The translations under genes were made by a program, and so were the position numbers. A stretch of DNA of 64,000 nucleotides, counting the filler, from Sphacelaria rigidula (lineage: Eukaryota), in the NCBI GenBank assembly GCA_964200075.2. It is 6 parts of 6 records of this genome, joined end to end, with 100 filler letters (N's around TTAATTAATTAA, not from the genome) between each part and the next. Parts side by side here need not be neighbours in the genome. Positions count along the whole stretch, not along the records: positions 32,091 to 42,683 come from CAXNAA020006223.1; positions 42,784 to 53,376 come from CAXNAA020006224.1; 4 more parts are not named here. One strand, 5' to 3'. Every line of letters begins with the position of its first letter. Position 1 is the first letter of the stretch. The notes beneath the pieces are model-generated. The model was not told the DNA's origin. It searched no databases and was given only the letters and a program-made list of their open reading frames with translations. Positions 38,590-52,607 of this stretch are shown here, one piece after another.

Positions 38590-41500
38590 AAGCAGACTCG
38601 GCTGCGACATCATGAGTCTTCTGCATTCCAAGCGGTGTCCGTGTTGCGTAGCACGGCTGTGTCGAGATCGCCTTGGTAGTGTCGTTGGAAGCACCGGGAT
38701 GCTCGGCGGGCGGTCGGCACCTCGGTGTAGTAGGCATCGTCCAAGCGAATCTTGAGGGGGCTCGCGTCATCGAGGAAATGGATAAAGTAGGAGTTTTCAG
38801 ATGGAGGATCGACCAATGAATTTTAGCCAACCACCATAGTGGATCCAAAGCCTTACACCAACAACACGCCCCCTTCGGCAAACGTTGTCCGCGAAAAGAC
38901 TGCATGTAGTGGGAACGCGAAAGAACGCTATATCCTGCTACGACAAACCGCGCTGAGTGCTCACGTGCCAGTTCCGGAGCGGCAGCTCCCTTGCACATCG
39001 ACATATATCTCTTATTCAACGGGCGGTGTTGGACGGCATCTCCTACCAGTACAGCAATATTTCTCGACGAAAGTGACGTGAGTCAACTTCACGCTCCCAT
39101 GTAACACGCATGATACCCTTCCAATGTGTTTGATACTTTACCGCTATCTTACCACCAAGGCCGCGGACCAGTTGATGACCCGAGATCTACCGCAATCCGT
39201 TCCAGAGGTGCGTCCGCATCTTCGACCGTCAAATGATGTGGCGGAGTTTTGATCGCATACTTGGTCAACATGTACTGGTTCACTCCCAAAGGCAGTTGTT
39301 TGGGCAGGTCAGAGGAGTCATGAGGGGGAATACACGGTTTGCACGGTAGCATCGAGACTTGGTTTTTTGGCGTCAAGTCAGGTTCATCCGTGGGAAAATC
39401 AAAATACAAATACAAAAGCTTCACTCCCACTGGACTTTGGTCGGGTGTGGTAGCGCTTGGACCATCAGCCAAAATTTTCGAAGGACCAGTTCAATTCAAG
39501 GAATATTTCGATTTAAACACTTTTTCCAAAGAGGATGTCTTTGAGCTAGCCCCTTGATTGATGGTCTTCATATCGTTATATCTCATGCCCACTGGCCTAC
39601 CTTCCACACCGGGCGGTTATGTACCACATCATCCAACACCGAGTTCGCCCTGGCCGCCTTCGCCAAATTGATTTGGTTCTGTTCTCGTACCAATTCATAC
39701 GCGAGACGAAGACGATTACTCACCAACAAATGATACTATACAACATCACGATCCAGACTCTGGTGTCCGCCTGTATTTTTGGGTTCGAACATCGTCAAAG
39801 ACAACCTAGGCATACGACCAATATTAATTCCATTCGGCGGGAATCCCATTGCGGCATTGACCGAATTGCTATACTTCATTTGGACGAGGGCCAGATGCAG
39901 ATCCCGGTCCATCTATCACTCATTCGCCACGGCAGTAAGCATCTGTGCCATCGTATGGTTTGCTCCTTCATCCCACCGTTGGTGCAAGGGTGATACGAAC
40001 TAGTAAAAATACGATGGGCACCCAGAAGGTCACTGACTGCGGCCGAAATTTTGCCTGAAAAATGCGGGCCGTGATCGGACAGTAATCGTTTGGGCACACC
40101 CCGCTGTGGGATGTACGTGTATACAAGAGTGTTGACAGCACCTTCCGCGTTAAAGCTACTGGCATGGACAGCATGTACCAGCGCATGTCGACTACATGTA
40201 TCTGAAAACAGCAAAATATACTTGTCACCACTATCCGTCAGGGGCAAAGGACCAAAAAAGTCCCACGAAATTACTTTACCAGGCCCGTTTGGGAGTGGCA
40301 TGGAAACAATCGACCAACAAACTCTTTGACGTGAAGTCTTGCGCGCTTGGCACAAGAGACAACGCCGAACCCACCAACGAGTATACTGATCCATACAAAT
40401 CCACCAAAAAACACGTTCAAGCATATGGGAGGTTCTAATAGCCCCCAAATGAATCGATGCCTGCGAATGGCATTTGTGTAGAATCCATGGGCGCAGGAGC
40501 ATCGAGACATAAATTCGGATGGCTTCATCACCTAGCAAGCGGGCATGTCGACTTGGAGGCTTCCCCCTGGAGAGGGCCGCTGTGGGCCGGCGAACTAAAA
40601 AAAGTAGACCATCATCATCCCAATGCAGCGTACCGTTCCGCGAAAGTTCAGTAACCTCATCCTGGGCGGGGGCTTTGAATTTCCCGACGGGCAAAACAAA
40701 TTCGGGTTCTGAGAATGGAGATGGGTAACGTTTGGATAGATAATGGATAGCTGATTTACAAGCAGGTTCTGCCCGTTGTTCCCGGGCCCAATCGGCGTGG
40801 GAGAAGAGACTCCAACGTTCCTTGAACACGCCATCTGTTGAAGTGTCTAATTCGCGTTGGGTCGGGTCAGGGTGGAGGTGACACGAAGCGATGTCGGAAT
40901 TAACGGTGAGCCTACCAGGTGGTGTATTCTCAAGCGGAACGTAAAGGTCTACTCCTGCGTCGATTAGCGTGGTGGGTGTTGTGGTGTTGATAATATCATC
41001 ACCAAGAAACAGCCTGGATCCAATTTTGAGGTTCAACATTTGGGAGAGGTTGAAACTGCCATCGAAGTTTCATTCATTTTGTCCAATAGGCTCGGAGAAC
41101 GCAATCAGCTTCGGCTATGGTACTTGTGCCAGAAGCGTTTATACGACAGCCCAAGCATGATGAGCAGTTCAAAAGAAAAACCACCGTCAGGGTGTGGCGT
41201 TTTTTTAATAGGACATGCCTATAAGTGCTACGGAACACGTAGCAAATCATGCTGAAAATATACTTTTTTGGACTAATCATCGAGGTGTTGAGCACCTCTT
41301 GTTGAGTATCTGAGACAGACTTTATACTGTTGCGCCGGGGGACGACCGCCGTCAGCGAAACGATCCAATACGGCGACAGACGCCAGCGATCTTGGAAACG
41401 CAGTATTACTCAGCAGTCTGCCGAGATACACTATCACCAGAGTAGAGCATCACTACAGTACGGTCGTCAGTTAGACAACATGGATGCCCCACGAAAAAGC

Positions 41501-41800
41501 TGCAGACACACACGACGGGGGTAAGGGTTAGTCCCACGCTTGGGGTTGTTTCGCCAGTAGCGCCCATGCGATGCGCTTCGTGCAGTCTGAACCAGCTATG
41601 ACGCCTTGTATGGCCACTTCCGCCGTGGCTGTGTTGGGAACTGGTTTCGGGGTGGGGTTGTCGAAGCATAGTGTAGTGCAGCGCGCTTGCAGAATCCAAG
41701 CCGTTTTTTTATTCAGAATCCGCATCAGCGGTAGTTTTATTTGGCTCATTTTCCTTTTAAAATGTGGAAAATTGTAGAAAATGTCACCCCTCATATTGAG
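38590..41800 (-). mobile_element. Decayed Ty3/Gypsy LTR retrotransposon pol (integrase clear, RT/RNase H heavily eroded)
   Basis: ORF 39876-41039 has HHCC (CH...HLG...CLLC) followed by the rve core (DFFGPLP...LLSDHGPHF...SSYHPCTNG). Post-integrase peptides at 39149-39500 and 38610-39000; weak RT-thumb/RNase H traces at 41300-41800. Confidence 0.88.
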
Positions 41801-42783
41801 GAGCTAAAAGTCTTATATGACACCGGAGTGCCCGACGAAAAATCTCCGAGACCCTATGTACCCGCCCCCCGCCCCCCTCTCCTTCCCCGCCCTCCCTCCG
41901 GTGGTCGAAGTTTGTTTTTCTTTCACATTGAAAAACACTCAATAAATAGCCATTTTGGGGCGACTTAGGTGAGGTAGCGCCCATGATTGTTGGTCCTATC
42001 TGCCACCACAAGATGCGACGCACATTGGACGCAAATGGACGGTGCAGATAGATGCGTTTAGCTTGATTGAGCAAGCACTGCAGAGCATTGTGGTATTTGT
42101 CTGGTCTTGTTCTTGTGGAAGTGTGATGTGCAACATATTGCCGAAACCCATAATATAAATTGACCTTAATTGGCTCCGAAAGTATGCGAAATATTGAAGT
42201 TTCATCAACACGATTTTAATTTTTCTGTATACTTTTTGCTTTATTTCATATTTCTTATTTCTTATTTTTTCATTGTATGTACGGATTTAGCAACCCCCCC
42301 ATCCCCCCGTAAAACTCCACGATTCAAGAAAGGGGCATAGGGTCTCGGATTGTCTTTTTGGGGGCACTCTCCGATGACATTCAAATCCCATCCAAGCGGT
42401 GAGCGATTTGAACACCATTCATCTGTAATAAGCAGTAGCAGACTCTCTCCGAGGAGAGGAAGATGCAAACAAACCAAGGCTGGCAGCACGCGGGGAGAAA
42501 AGCGCGAAACGATTCGCGTCCGGACCCACAGGCACGCATGCAGTTGAATTGCAAGCCACGGTGTGCTTTGTATTTTGTGGTCTCGGATTACCGTTTGTTT
42601 GCTCTTTTCGATTCTAAATAACAGTGGATCCTAGAAAATGGGGTTCATACAAAATATGGGGTTGAAGTGGCATTTCTCTTTTGNNNNNNNNNNNNNNNNN
42701 NNNNNNNNNNNNNNNNNNNNNNNNNNNTTAATTAATTAANNNNNNNNNNNNNNNNNNNNNNNNNNNNNNNNNNNNNNNNNNNN

Positions 42784-43929
42784 TCCGCATATCGTATTAA
42801 TCATCTAACCAAGGGGAAGGTGCCCATCTGCTTAAAAGTTTGGGCCCGTATTTTCTCCTTGATTAAATCCCATGTATAGTAATGCCTATACCTAACGGAG
42901 ATGGCGTCCATACTGACATCCATATGAACCCCCCGATCGATGCATTCAGCGGATGACGACGAATTTTGGTGTGGACATTCTCTGGAGCAAGGGGAGACGA
43001 TAGATACCACCCTCACCTTTGCCTAATTCGTTATCTATCCCGAGATATAGCGCACATAAGTTCGCATACTGAAATCAATATATTACGAGCAGAGACACTA
43101 AATGCCCTAAATCTGGATATCGCGTATCAGTTTTTGAGAGTTGTTCCATATATTTCGTGTGGTGAACCGCTAGTGCATAATAAAAATAAATAAATACAGC
43201 GTGTTACCTTTGTTCATTTCTTTCATTCATTTTTTTCATTTTTTGTCGTGTTTTTCGTGGAGTTTTGAGGAGAAATGAACATTGCTCTTAGGCCTTATCT
43301 CAATGTTTCAGTTCAATTTTTAGAATTGTGTTTTGAAAGTTAGCATGGAGAACCACAAAAGTGTGACGAATGAAAACGAAAAATGGGTCTTCATTTTTCA
43401 TATTTTTTCATGCAGGTTAGGGCGTTCTCGTGAAGAAATGATCTTCACCATACTAAAACGCCCTCAACCAGTGAAAAAATGAATAAAAAACCTGACCCAC
43501 TGAGGTTTGTTGATTATGCCCTGGCGAGGGACCACACGAAATTTCATTACACAAGAACCAAACGTGGGCCAGTGAGTGGCCTGCAAAATACTGTTCCGAA
43601 TTCCTACCGACCCGGTTTTTGAAAGGCGAATGCGCCGGCCAATATTTAGAGTTGGAACGTCAAATTTGGTATGGACAATGCATAAGGCATAAAGTTTGTT
43701 GGAAAGAAGCACCAGAAGTTTTTTTTTCGTGAGGTTAGGGCAATAATCAGTTTTAGGTATCAGTAAAACGCCCTTAACTCACGAAAAAAAACAAAACCTT
43801 CTGGTGCTTTTTTCCATTTTTTTTCACGTCCTATGCATTGTCAGTACTAAATTTGACGCTCCGACTCTAAACATTGGCCGGCGCATTCGCCTGCAAACTT
43901 CCAATCTGCCTCTAGGCTGGCCCAGCTCG
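42784..43929 (+). mobile_element. Family D copy, left end lost at the contig start
   Basis: Colinear with 29115-30272; ends ctctaggctggcccagctcg|TA; hairpin at 43624-43892. Confidence 0.88.
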
Positions 43930-44361
43930 TATACAAAATGAGAAGCTCGGGTGCGGGCATTATACACTCATTCCAGTATAAATCACGTGAACGGGTATGA
44001 ATGATAGCTAAAAATGAGTATGAAAAATACTGGAGCATTGAGTGCCCAGGCAGTAGCCGCCCTCGTGCAGGATACAAAGATGATAGAAGTTCTCGCGGAC
44101 CAGCTTAGTGCATGATCGCGACTATGTGCTGGATCAGTGGACACATTGTGGGACATTGATCACATTTTTGGTTTGTTCCGTCAACGATTGAGGGCAAAAT
44201 CAGAGTCTGCGTCCCGTTTTCTACCCGGGGTCTACACGACGGTTCAACTTTGTTTTGTATACTGTACTGTCAAAAGAGCGACTTGGCCTCGGCACGCAAA
44301 TATACTATTTTTTGAATCCCTTGCGCCGGCAATCATCTGCGTCGGAAGCTTTCAACTCCAG

Positions 44362-44614
44362 ACTGAGACAACGCACCGTCAGCATTCAGCGCCGTATTGC
44401 GCTAGACTTCGTTTCACACCCCTCCTTGTGTGCGAGAAGCTGTCGGTGCACCCACCCACCGACAATCAGCGCCGTGAACTATCTGTTCTTGATGCCGTTA
44501 TGCGCTGTCTGTACTCCAGCATAAATAGATTGCCTGCACCAAGTAATCATCTGCTTCGGAAACATTGCAGGACCACCACGATCTCGCGTCCGTTCGAACG
44601 GTCGTGAAATGCAG
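44362..44614 (+). pseudogene. Possible frameshifted ARM-repeat exon upstream of the 46551 exon
   Basis: LDAVMRCLYSS / LHQVIICFGNIA / VV-NAG in shifting frames; AG/GT bounded, and the donor phase fits the next exon. Confidence 0.3.
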
Positions 44615-45749
44615 GTGTACCCTCCCACACAAATTCTAGCACGAATCCGGGCAATGGACCCCTAGATTTGGCTGTGGCCCGAACAGTCATCTCCCGGGGC
44701 GGGTGAGGAGGGACTTGCGCACTGAAATCAGCATTACATCTCGTGGACGCCTCGTTACAAAGTATGCTGCACGCTCGTGCGTTCGAAATATGATATATAT
44801 ATATACTATACATCACATATATGTGTGTGTAAAAATCCGTCCGAAATTATTGCTGCTCTTTGTACAAAGATTAGACCCCGAACAATCCGTTGAAGTCCGT
44901 TGGTACACTGTGAGGACATACGCGTGCTGTTTTCGATACGTTGATGGAGGTAGAGAGTCGTCTCAGCAGCTCCCTTGAAGAACTTCGTGTTTATTTTCCT
45001 CTCCGACCTTTTTTACCGTTTTTTGGTGCCCCCAGGGTTTTCGGAGGACCTTGGATCCCGTCGGACCCCCGAGAAACGGTAATACAAGTCGAGTATGAAA
45101 AACCGCGTCCATCGAAAGTTGCGTAATGATCCATAGCACGTTTGTGCGAAGTTCCAGGGCCTGACTCCTGAAAATGGCGTGAGGTTTTGCGCGTTTGTGC
45201 CGTGACCGGAGTTGAAGCGTGCCATGACCGGAGTTGAAGCGTGCAATCTGAACTACTTGGTTCTAGTGTAACGCCGTCTTTTTTATGTATTTGAGAGGTG
45301 AGGCGAAATATTATGAGATTTTCGGATTCCGCTACCAAATCTTGTATATGTGTTCCTTGGACTGCCCCGGGACGCATCGTTTTTTTTCATTTGAGGCATT
45401 CTGTACCGGCCTCCGGGGGCCTTCACACTGGGACCCCCGGAAGTCGGTCGAGAATGCAGAACTTTGAAACATTGTCAAGAATACAATTTTCCATTCGAAT
45501 CATTAATACCTACGGAAGCGTCAAGTTTGAGGGCGATCTGAGCTTTTCTACGACAGATATAGGGGAAACCGTCACGAGGCTCCCTGGGTTTTTCGTGCGT
45601 ATCATTAGTGGAAATCCGACGACACCAAAATCCACATTATCAAAACACTACGGTTTCGGTATAATTCGACCCCGTAGTAACCGTTTCAAAATATGTTTTT
45701 TTCCAGTTAGGTTCCCGAGCTGATGGCGGTTACCACGAGTTGAAGCATA

Positions 45750-46361
45750 CGGAGATCGGATGAAATTGAGCTTGGATTTCGTATTTTCGATTTCAGAACA
45801 GTTTGAAGGGCGCTGGTTGGTCGAGGTACCTTTTCGCCCTTAGCGCCGCCACTATGTGCTTGAACACAAATCTGACTACGCCACGCTCTTCAGCTGTCCA
45901 TGGCGGTCATTATGATAGGTGTGTGTGACTGTTGGGTAGGTATTGCGAACGGTATTAGCTGATTACACAGTTTTGGGTGATAAGCGTGAACCAGTCTGTA
46001 TCATGAATGAAAATCCTACGACGTCAAAACCTCACATCGCCGAAATACCACGGTTTGGGGTCTCAGTCGGTCCCATTGAAATCATTTGACGGCTACTACG
46101 ATTTGAAACATGTGGAGATTGGATAGAAATTCGGCTGGGAATTCATATTTTCAATTTCAGAGCAATTGGGAAAGCGCTCATTGGTCGAGGTACCTTTCCG
46201 CCCTTAGCGTCACCGCTATGGCCTTGAACAAAAACCGGACTATGCTACCCTCTTCGCTTGTTCGTTGCGGCCAAAATGATGCTATGCATGTAACTATAGG
46301 GTAGGTAGTGCAGAGAGCATTGCTGATTGCACAATTTTGGATGATGAATGTGAATCAGCCT
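45750..46361 (+). repeat. Diverged direct repeat, two units of about 250 bp with about 360-bp period
   Basis: Shared core ttggtcgaggtaccttt.cgcccttagcg at about 45818 and 46180. Confidence 0.85.
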
Positions 46362-46550
46362 CTCTCTTTACATACCGGTGCAGTAGAGCACGGATGCTCT
46401 GGGGACAAACCACGAGAGTTCCTGATTCTGGAGCGAGAATAGCATGAGGCGTATGTGATTCCAGAGCGGAATCATCGGCGTACCGTCTCGAACCATCGAG
46501 GTGTCTCCTCCTTACAACCGTTGGTGGGCATGACCTATTTCGCCCGACAG

Positions 46551-48983
46551 GAAACGTTGGCGCTAGAGAAATGGACGCGAGCACAGGAGCTGTCCTGTGC
46601 AGCGTCATCCAAGGGCTAGTAGCGACCCTAATGCCATGGGAACACTCGAAGAACTCTCAGGAGGCCGCCCTGCTGGTGTTGGGAAACATCCTCGACAATG
46701 CTCTCGAGAACGCCCCTGACAGGGTCTCTGATGATGACCGTAGTGGCGTTCCTGATGGTACGGCGGCGGAGGGTGCTGTGGGACCATCCACATCATCCTG
46801 TGTTCGTGAAGGCGAGACACCAGTGTCGAGCAAGCGTAGATGCATCGTCAAGCAGGCGTTGTTGGATGCGTTGATTGCCCAGGCACCTGCAGTAGAGACA
46901 GAGGACGGTGGAGATCGCGATGGCTTGTTGGACGATGACAGGTACGCCCGGTGGCAGGTGTCGGGGCGGATGGAGTGGGAGGTTCGATAACCGCAAGATA
47001 AGCGTAGCCAATCGAGGCCCAGAAGCGGTTAGCGTTCACAAGTGCTGGTCGTGTCAACAGATGGCGGAGAAGAATTAAAACGCAGTGAAGGATTCAATAA
47101 TTAGAGCGACATCTTGCTTTGACTTGTTCGGAACGGTTGAGGGGGAATGAATGGTCCAAAAACGGGATGTGACCTTGATTCCGAATTGCATTTGCTTCGT
47201 CGTGAGGAGAGTCGGGTGCGCGTGCGATGCGATGGTTTAAGGGTGCCCCCTTCCGCCATCACACTCCGACGGTGTAAAGGATTGGAAATTGACGCATATT
47301 TCGATAGCTCGAGTATACCTGCCTAGATTCGCTCCCCACGATGTGTTGTGCGGGACAGACGCAGTGTGACCGTGTTGGAAAGGGCGACAAGACGCGTTAC
47401 GTGCCTTCAGGGCGAGGAAAAAATCCAGGGCGACTTCATGATAATTTCCCGAATGCATACAGAGCTGATGGAATCGTTGCCACTCTGACGGCAGTATATT
47501 CCAAGGTTGTGTTTTTCACCGTTTTCATGTCTATATTTTTATTTATTTATTTATTTGTCGCACTTTGAACCCCTCCCCATCCTCGGGACGAGTTCGTGGT
47601 CTCAAGGGATCAACCCACCTCTCCCCGGTGCACGCGTTGCATTTTGATCTCGCGGATTGGGTCAGCACTCCCGTACCGCGTCAACTCACATCGAACATAC
47701 TCAGTCGACTACTTTGTTCACTCACGTTCTCACGCTTTCCACGGTGGAAATCAGATATTACGAAGAAAACACTCACTCGTCGGGAATCGAACCCTCGTTA
47801 TCTCCACCCTAACGGCGACAGTCGGACACCGGCTGAAATGTGGGTACTTACAGAAGTATGAGAGTATTCTATGGGAAAAGACCGGTCCGAAAAATGCCGG
47901 AGTGTTCGGAACAGGGCTCGATACCACGTCGAACCATGACGAAAGGTGCGGTACATACAGTGTTACCGTATGTGTTGATCTGCCAACTAAACATCCCCCA
48001 CTCGCGACTATACCCCACAGAACGCAACCTTGGTATGTTTTCTCTTTCCTGTTTTTCGGTGACCGTGCCCATTGGATGAGGGTAGTCCTTCTTGACCGTC
48101 ATCGCTGCCCACATGACAAAGCCGACGTTTGCTCTGGACTGCTGTACAGAATTGCAGGTTCGGTGATGGGAAGAGAAAACGAGTTTCGGATCACGTGATA
48201 CCTTCGAAGGCGCTTCGGTTTGTGGAATCAAGCAACAGCGCTCGCATATGTGCGACGGAAAGAGCACATGCATCGTCGACGTCATGCCCTAGTGATTCGA
48301 TCCCCTCGTCATGTGGGAACCGATTCCTTGTCCGACAAAGACGTACAATCACAGCCCGCCGTCCTTCGGACGTTGCCGAGATCCTTGTTGCGGAAGCATA
48401 CGTGTACGTATGTCGAGTATCGCATGCTCGTATAAGTCATGAATGGAATTTGACTGAAATGAACGTTTAGCGATCGAAAGGTTGAAAATCCCTCAGATGG
48501 CGAGACCCCAAAGCCGTGTGTCACAGCGTCACCTCGAAATATGTACGACGTCAGGTATGGTGTGGATATACTCACGTAAAAAGGAAAACCCCTACAGAAC
48601 CTCTTCTCGGGACAGAACGCGCGAAGAGGCTTATGGAAGGGGGAGTCGATGTGGAGACTTGCGTATAGATCAAACGCATCCTGTAGGGGAAAGTGTGGGT
48701 CCAAGAGTCCGGCTCAATTCGTTCGGCTCTATTTTGCCTACATGTGAAATTTACGAACGTCGATTTTATAACCGAAGATTTTCGTTTTCTTCAGCGGCCG
48801 GCTACTATCCTGTGTTTCATTTCGTCTCATCTGTTCGCTTATTCCAGGTTGGCGGTGAAGAAAAAGGAGTTTTTGGACAACATCGCTCATCTGTGTGGAG
48901 ATGATGCCGCGCTCAGTGATGATCTTCGAGAAGAACTCCTTGAAGCTGCGGGTATCGTCTTGAAAGCTTTGCGTGCCGAGTAG
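46551..48983 (+). CDS. Last two exons (46551-46941, 48848-48983) of a probable ARM/HEAT-like helical-repeat protein
   Basis: Open frames, CAG acceptors and a phase-2 junction GACAG|gtacgc...ttccag|GTTG. Peptides SQEAALLVLGNILD and RLAVKKKEFLDNIAHLC...LLEAAGIVLKALRAE*. Confidence 0.55.
47535..47830 (-). mobile_element. SINE family 2 with (TAAA)n tail, intronic
   Basis: Box B-like GGTTCGATTCCC on the minus strand; 3' end ttcaaagtgcgac-aaataaataaa. Confidence 0.82.
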
Positions 48984-50602
48984 TCTTAGCTGGGCGATGC
49001 GCATGAAGTTTCTTCGAATACTGTCGGGTTAGGTCTACCAGAGTTCGGACTACATCTAGTCGCTGCAATTACAGAACGTTCTTCACTCAAGTGTGGAGGT
49101 GTAGGGGCGGCCCAGCGGTGGCAGCGGGGGAGGAGGCTGAGTTCGTATATAGTACAGTACAAACAGTAGTAGAATGGCGCACTTTTACCGCACGATACGG
49201 TCGCAGAATATATTATGCTGTTTTCCACGTGTTTTGAAGCTCCAACGTAACTTCAGCGACAACCTGCGCCTAGGAGATTTGACCCCAGCTACTTCCGAAT
49301 ACTTGAGGGTGGGCTTTTTTATTCTAGAAACGGGGCTGAGTTGGGCGATTTAAATGTCGGAATGCTTCCTGTGATCACTACTTTGTGTTTGCTCGCGATG
49401 CTGTGTTGGTTCATCCTTGTTAAAATCGCAGCAACAGCGATTTGAGCAACGTGAGAGCCTGATCTCGAGAGGGACGCTTGATCCAATTGAGGGCCCAAAT
49501 TTGTGGTAAAAGTGCCTTGGCTTGAGCTAGCTCCAGCAGTCCGGAAGTACAACTGCCCTCCTAAGAAAGGAGGGGGCGAGTTATAACATATCACTCAGCT
49601 AAGCAAGTTATTTCCACGACGATAGCCAAGAGATAGCGGCAGATAGTCAGTATTTGTTCTATTGTGAGCTGAGATGTGTTGACCGGCGGTTGGCTGAGCA
49701 GAGGGGGCTCGCAGAATTTGATCTGCCGGCGCGGCCGACCCGTGGCTTATCCAGTTGTGCGTGCTCGTGCTCCGATCGATCAATAGCTGTTGGGGGTCGA
49801 AGAAAAACGATTGAGGGGCATTACTAATTCATTGATCTTGCAGCAGACGATTTGAAGACATGACCCCTGCCCACCGCACAGGACGCATGGACTGTCATTG
49901 CGTAAGACGCGCTGAAGCTCCCACATTACAGTATGCCAGCCCCCATGCAGGTCACGGTAGCAGTAGCTATGTCACTACCAGAGGTATCTCGTTTCACTTT
50001 GCATATCACAAAAGTTTTGATGGTCGTGGAGTACTGACTACATTTCCTCAACCCGGATGTGTACGACTGCCGTTGCGCCAAGGGTGGGCCAAAAATAAGG
50101 ATATTACCTACCGACTAGTGGTGAGCCACGGCTGACGCACGTGGCAGCACCGCCACAGGTACAAACGTCACGGATCTCGCACGCGTGGTGGTACTGAACG
50201 AAATTGCGAAAAACAAAAAACGACCCTGACGTCAACCATAATTTAGACCAATTTTCGAATTCGTTGTTGTCTCAGGCTATTCCAGATTCGGCATTGGATT
50301 TCTGTGACAGAAAAGTGTCTCGTTTTTCGCAGAATATTTGAAAACAATCAAGCAACACTTAAAAAAAAACAAGCAGAACTTTTCGAAAAACTGCCCAAAA
50401 CGTGACCCCATTATATGGAGTACAGGGTACTACACTGAACACAACACAATTCTGCAGTGTTTTTCACAACCTCAACACGGACTGTATACAGTATGCATCA
50501 GCTTCTCTTGTTGCAGAATTAATAGTCTCCAGTTGCTGCTGCTGTACTACTACGGAAGCACACGCCCTCGAGGTGCCACCCCACGTTTTTTCAGAACATG
50601 TA

Positions 50603-51614
50603 GTCAAATGAACAAGGCGCTTCCCACACCCAACATTTCTATGCCGTAGTTGTCGCTATGCTGTTGTGCATTTATACACTCTACGACGAACATGGTGTGA
50701 TGTGCGCTGGAGAGTGCCTGAACAGTTGTAGTGCTGCATGCGGTGTTCCGGTAAGCACAGAAGTGGGGTGAGATCAAAGTGCTGTACATTAGCTACTGTC
50801 TGTACACAAGGGTGAAACGATGAAACAATCACGTGACGACTGTGCAGCTGTCTGTTGCGTCTCCGTCCGTACTTCAGCTATAGTTGGGTGCTAAGATCGG
50901 AGAAGGCACGCAAGGCGGACGCGTGCGCGCTGGGGCGAACAACTTGAGCCAGCACGGAGCTGCTCTATCCCAAACATTTGATGACAGGAACTGTTCGCCT
51001 TGATGTTCCATGTAAGAATTCTCTCCCCCATTTCAGCCGGGTCCTCATTTTTTGCGGAGTGCCAATTTTCGAACGCTTGGTCATGATCGCGCTTCGCGTG
51101 AAAAGCGCAATTACGGCCCAGCGTTTGTAAACCGCCATTCGGCCAAAATCGAGCTCATCCGAAATCAGGGGAAGAACTATCGCATGGAACATGTCCTATA
51201 TCACTGTGCTGCAGCACAAACACACTCATGCGCTGTCTCTTGTGCTGTAGCTGTAGCTGTCGCTGCGCTGTGGTGTCTCCAGGCCTTTTCGAAGATGGTT
51301 TGGTTTCCGCTGAGACTGCGTGAGTTGTTTCGTTACTGTCGTGGCGTTCGTCTCCTCGAAAAATCATGCTGTCTACACGTAGTGCCCTCTAGATCATGTT
51401 CCTGTTGATACCTTCATGGTGTGTTGGCTATATTTCGCCTCGAGTCAAACGAACAAGGCGCTTTCCAAACCCACCATTTTTATGCTGTAGTTGTCGCTGT
51501 GCTGTTGTGCATCTAAACACTCCACTACGATCACGGTGCGATGGGCGCTCGAGAGTGCCTGAACAGTTGTAGTGTGCGGTGTTTCGGTATGCATAGACTT
51601 GGGGTGGTATCAAA
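50603..51614 (+). repeat. Diverged direct repeat, units of about 175 bp at 50603-50778 and 51444-51614
   Basis: gtcaaa.gaacaaggcgct...gagagtgcctgaacagttgtagtg in both units. Confidence 0.85.
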
Positions 51615-51858
51615 TTATTTATCGCCTTTTGGAGCAATGATACTTGGTTTGGGACTGAACACGGATAATACACTTTGCAAGACGACCTACTACTGTCTGT
51701 TACCTAGAGCTAGAAGTCACCTGGATGCCCCGCGAATATAGAGAAAACGCTACAGGAAAAACCCTCACGACTTTACACCTACCCGCACTCAAGTGCGTAC
51801 AAAGTCGGTAAAATATCAGTTGTATATCTTTGCTGGACTCAGCAGCAAAAAACAGTGA

Positions 51859-52019
51859 GCGTGCATCGTTCTGCACTGAACGCAGTCTACTGCACGCTAC
51901 TGGTGTCTCCACTTACTTAGTGTTCCACAGCAACACTACGCTATGTTGGCAACACAAGAGGGGTCAGGCAGGCGGCAAAGACAGGCCACGAGTAAAAAGT
52001 ACGTCGTTTGTGCCCATGT
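51859..52019 (+). repeat. Dispersed repeat, second copy at about 57493-57643
   Basis: ctgaacgcagtctactgca...gaggggtcagg.agg.ggca in both copies. Confidence 0.7.
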
Positions 52020-52607
52020 GATTAATGATTTATGGTGAAAATGATTCTCCTGGTCTGCAACAACTTCTGTGCAAACCGGATACACGTCACGTCAATCGCT
52101 GTCTGTGTCAAGTTGTGCTCAAAATACTAATTCTTTGTGCATATTTTGCTGTGATGGCCTCAAAAAAACACCACAACCACACCATCACCCGTTGGTTCGC
52201 CATATTCTAAGCGTGTGCTCTGGTGCTTGTGCGAGCAGCGAGGTGGTTGGTGTGGTGTGTATTGTCGGGAGGACGGTTACACGTTACACGTCACGCCTGT
52301 TGGCCAATAGCACCTTCTAATAAAAGTCCAAACAAGGCGAAACGTAACCATTGGACTTTGGACTGACTTTGGACTTGGGGGAAGTACGAAGTTCAAGTCC
52401 TGACCCGAATTTGGTCTTCGCAAACACCGTCACTACTGTACTCTCTGTGCCTGCAAAGTACAGCCTGTACTCGGACAGGGCAGGTGAAAAGCACGCACAT
52501 AGTTCACATGGACACAGCTACACGCATAAAGAACATGCTCAGTGGGCAGGGTATAATTGTAACCTTTTACTACTGCATGTCCGAGTACAGGCTGTACCAT
52601 CCCAATT

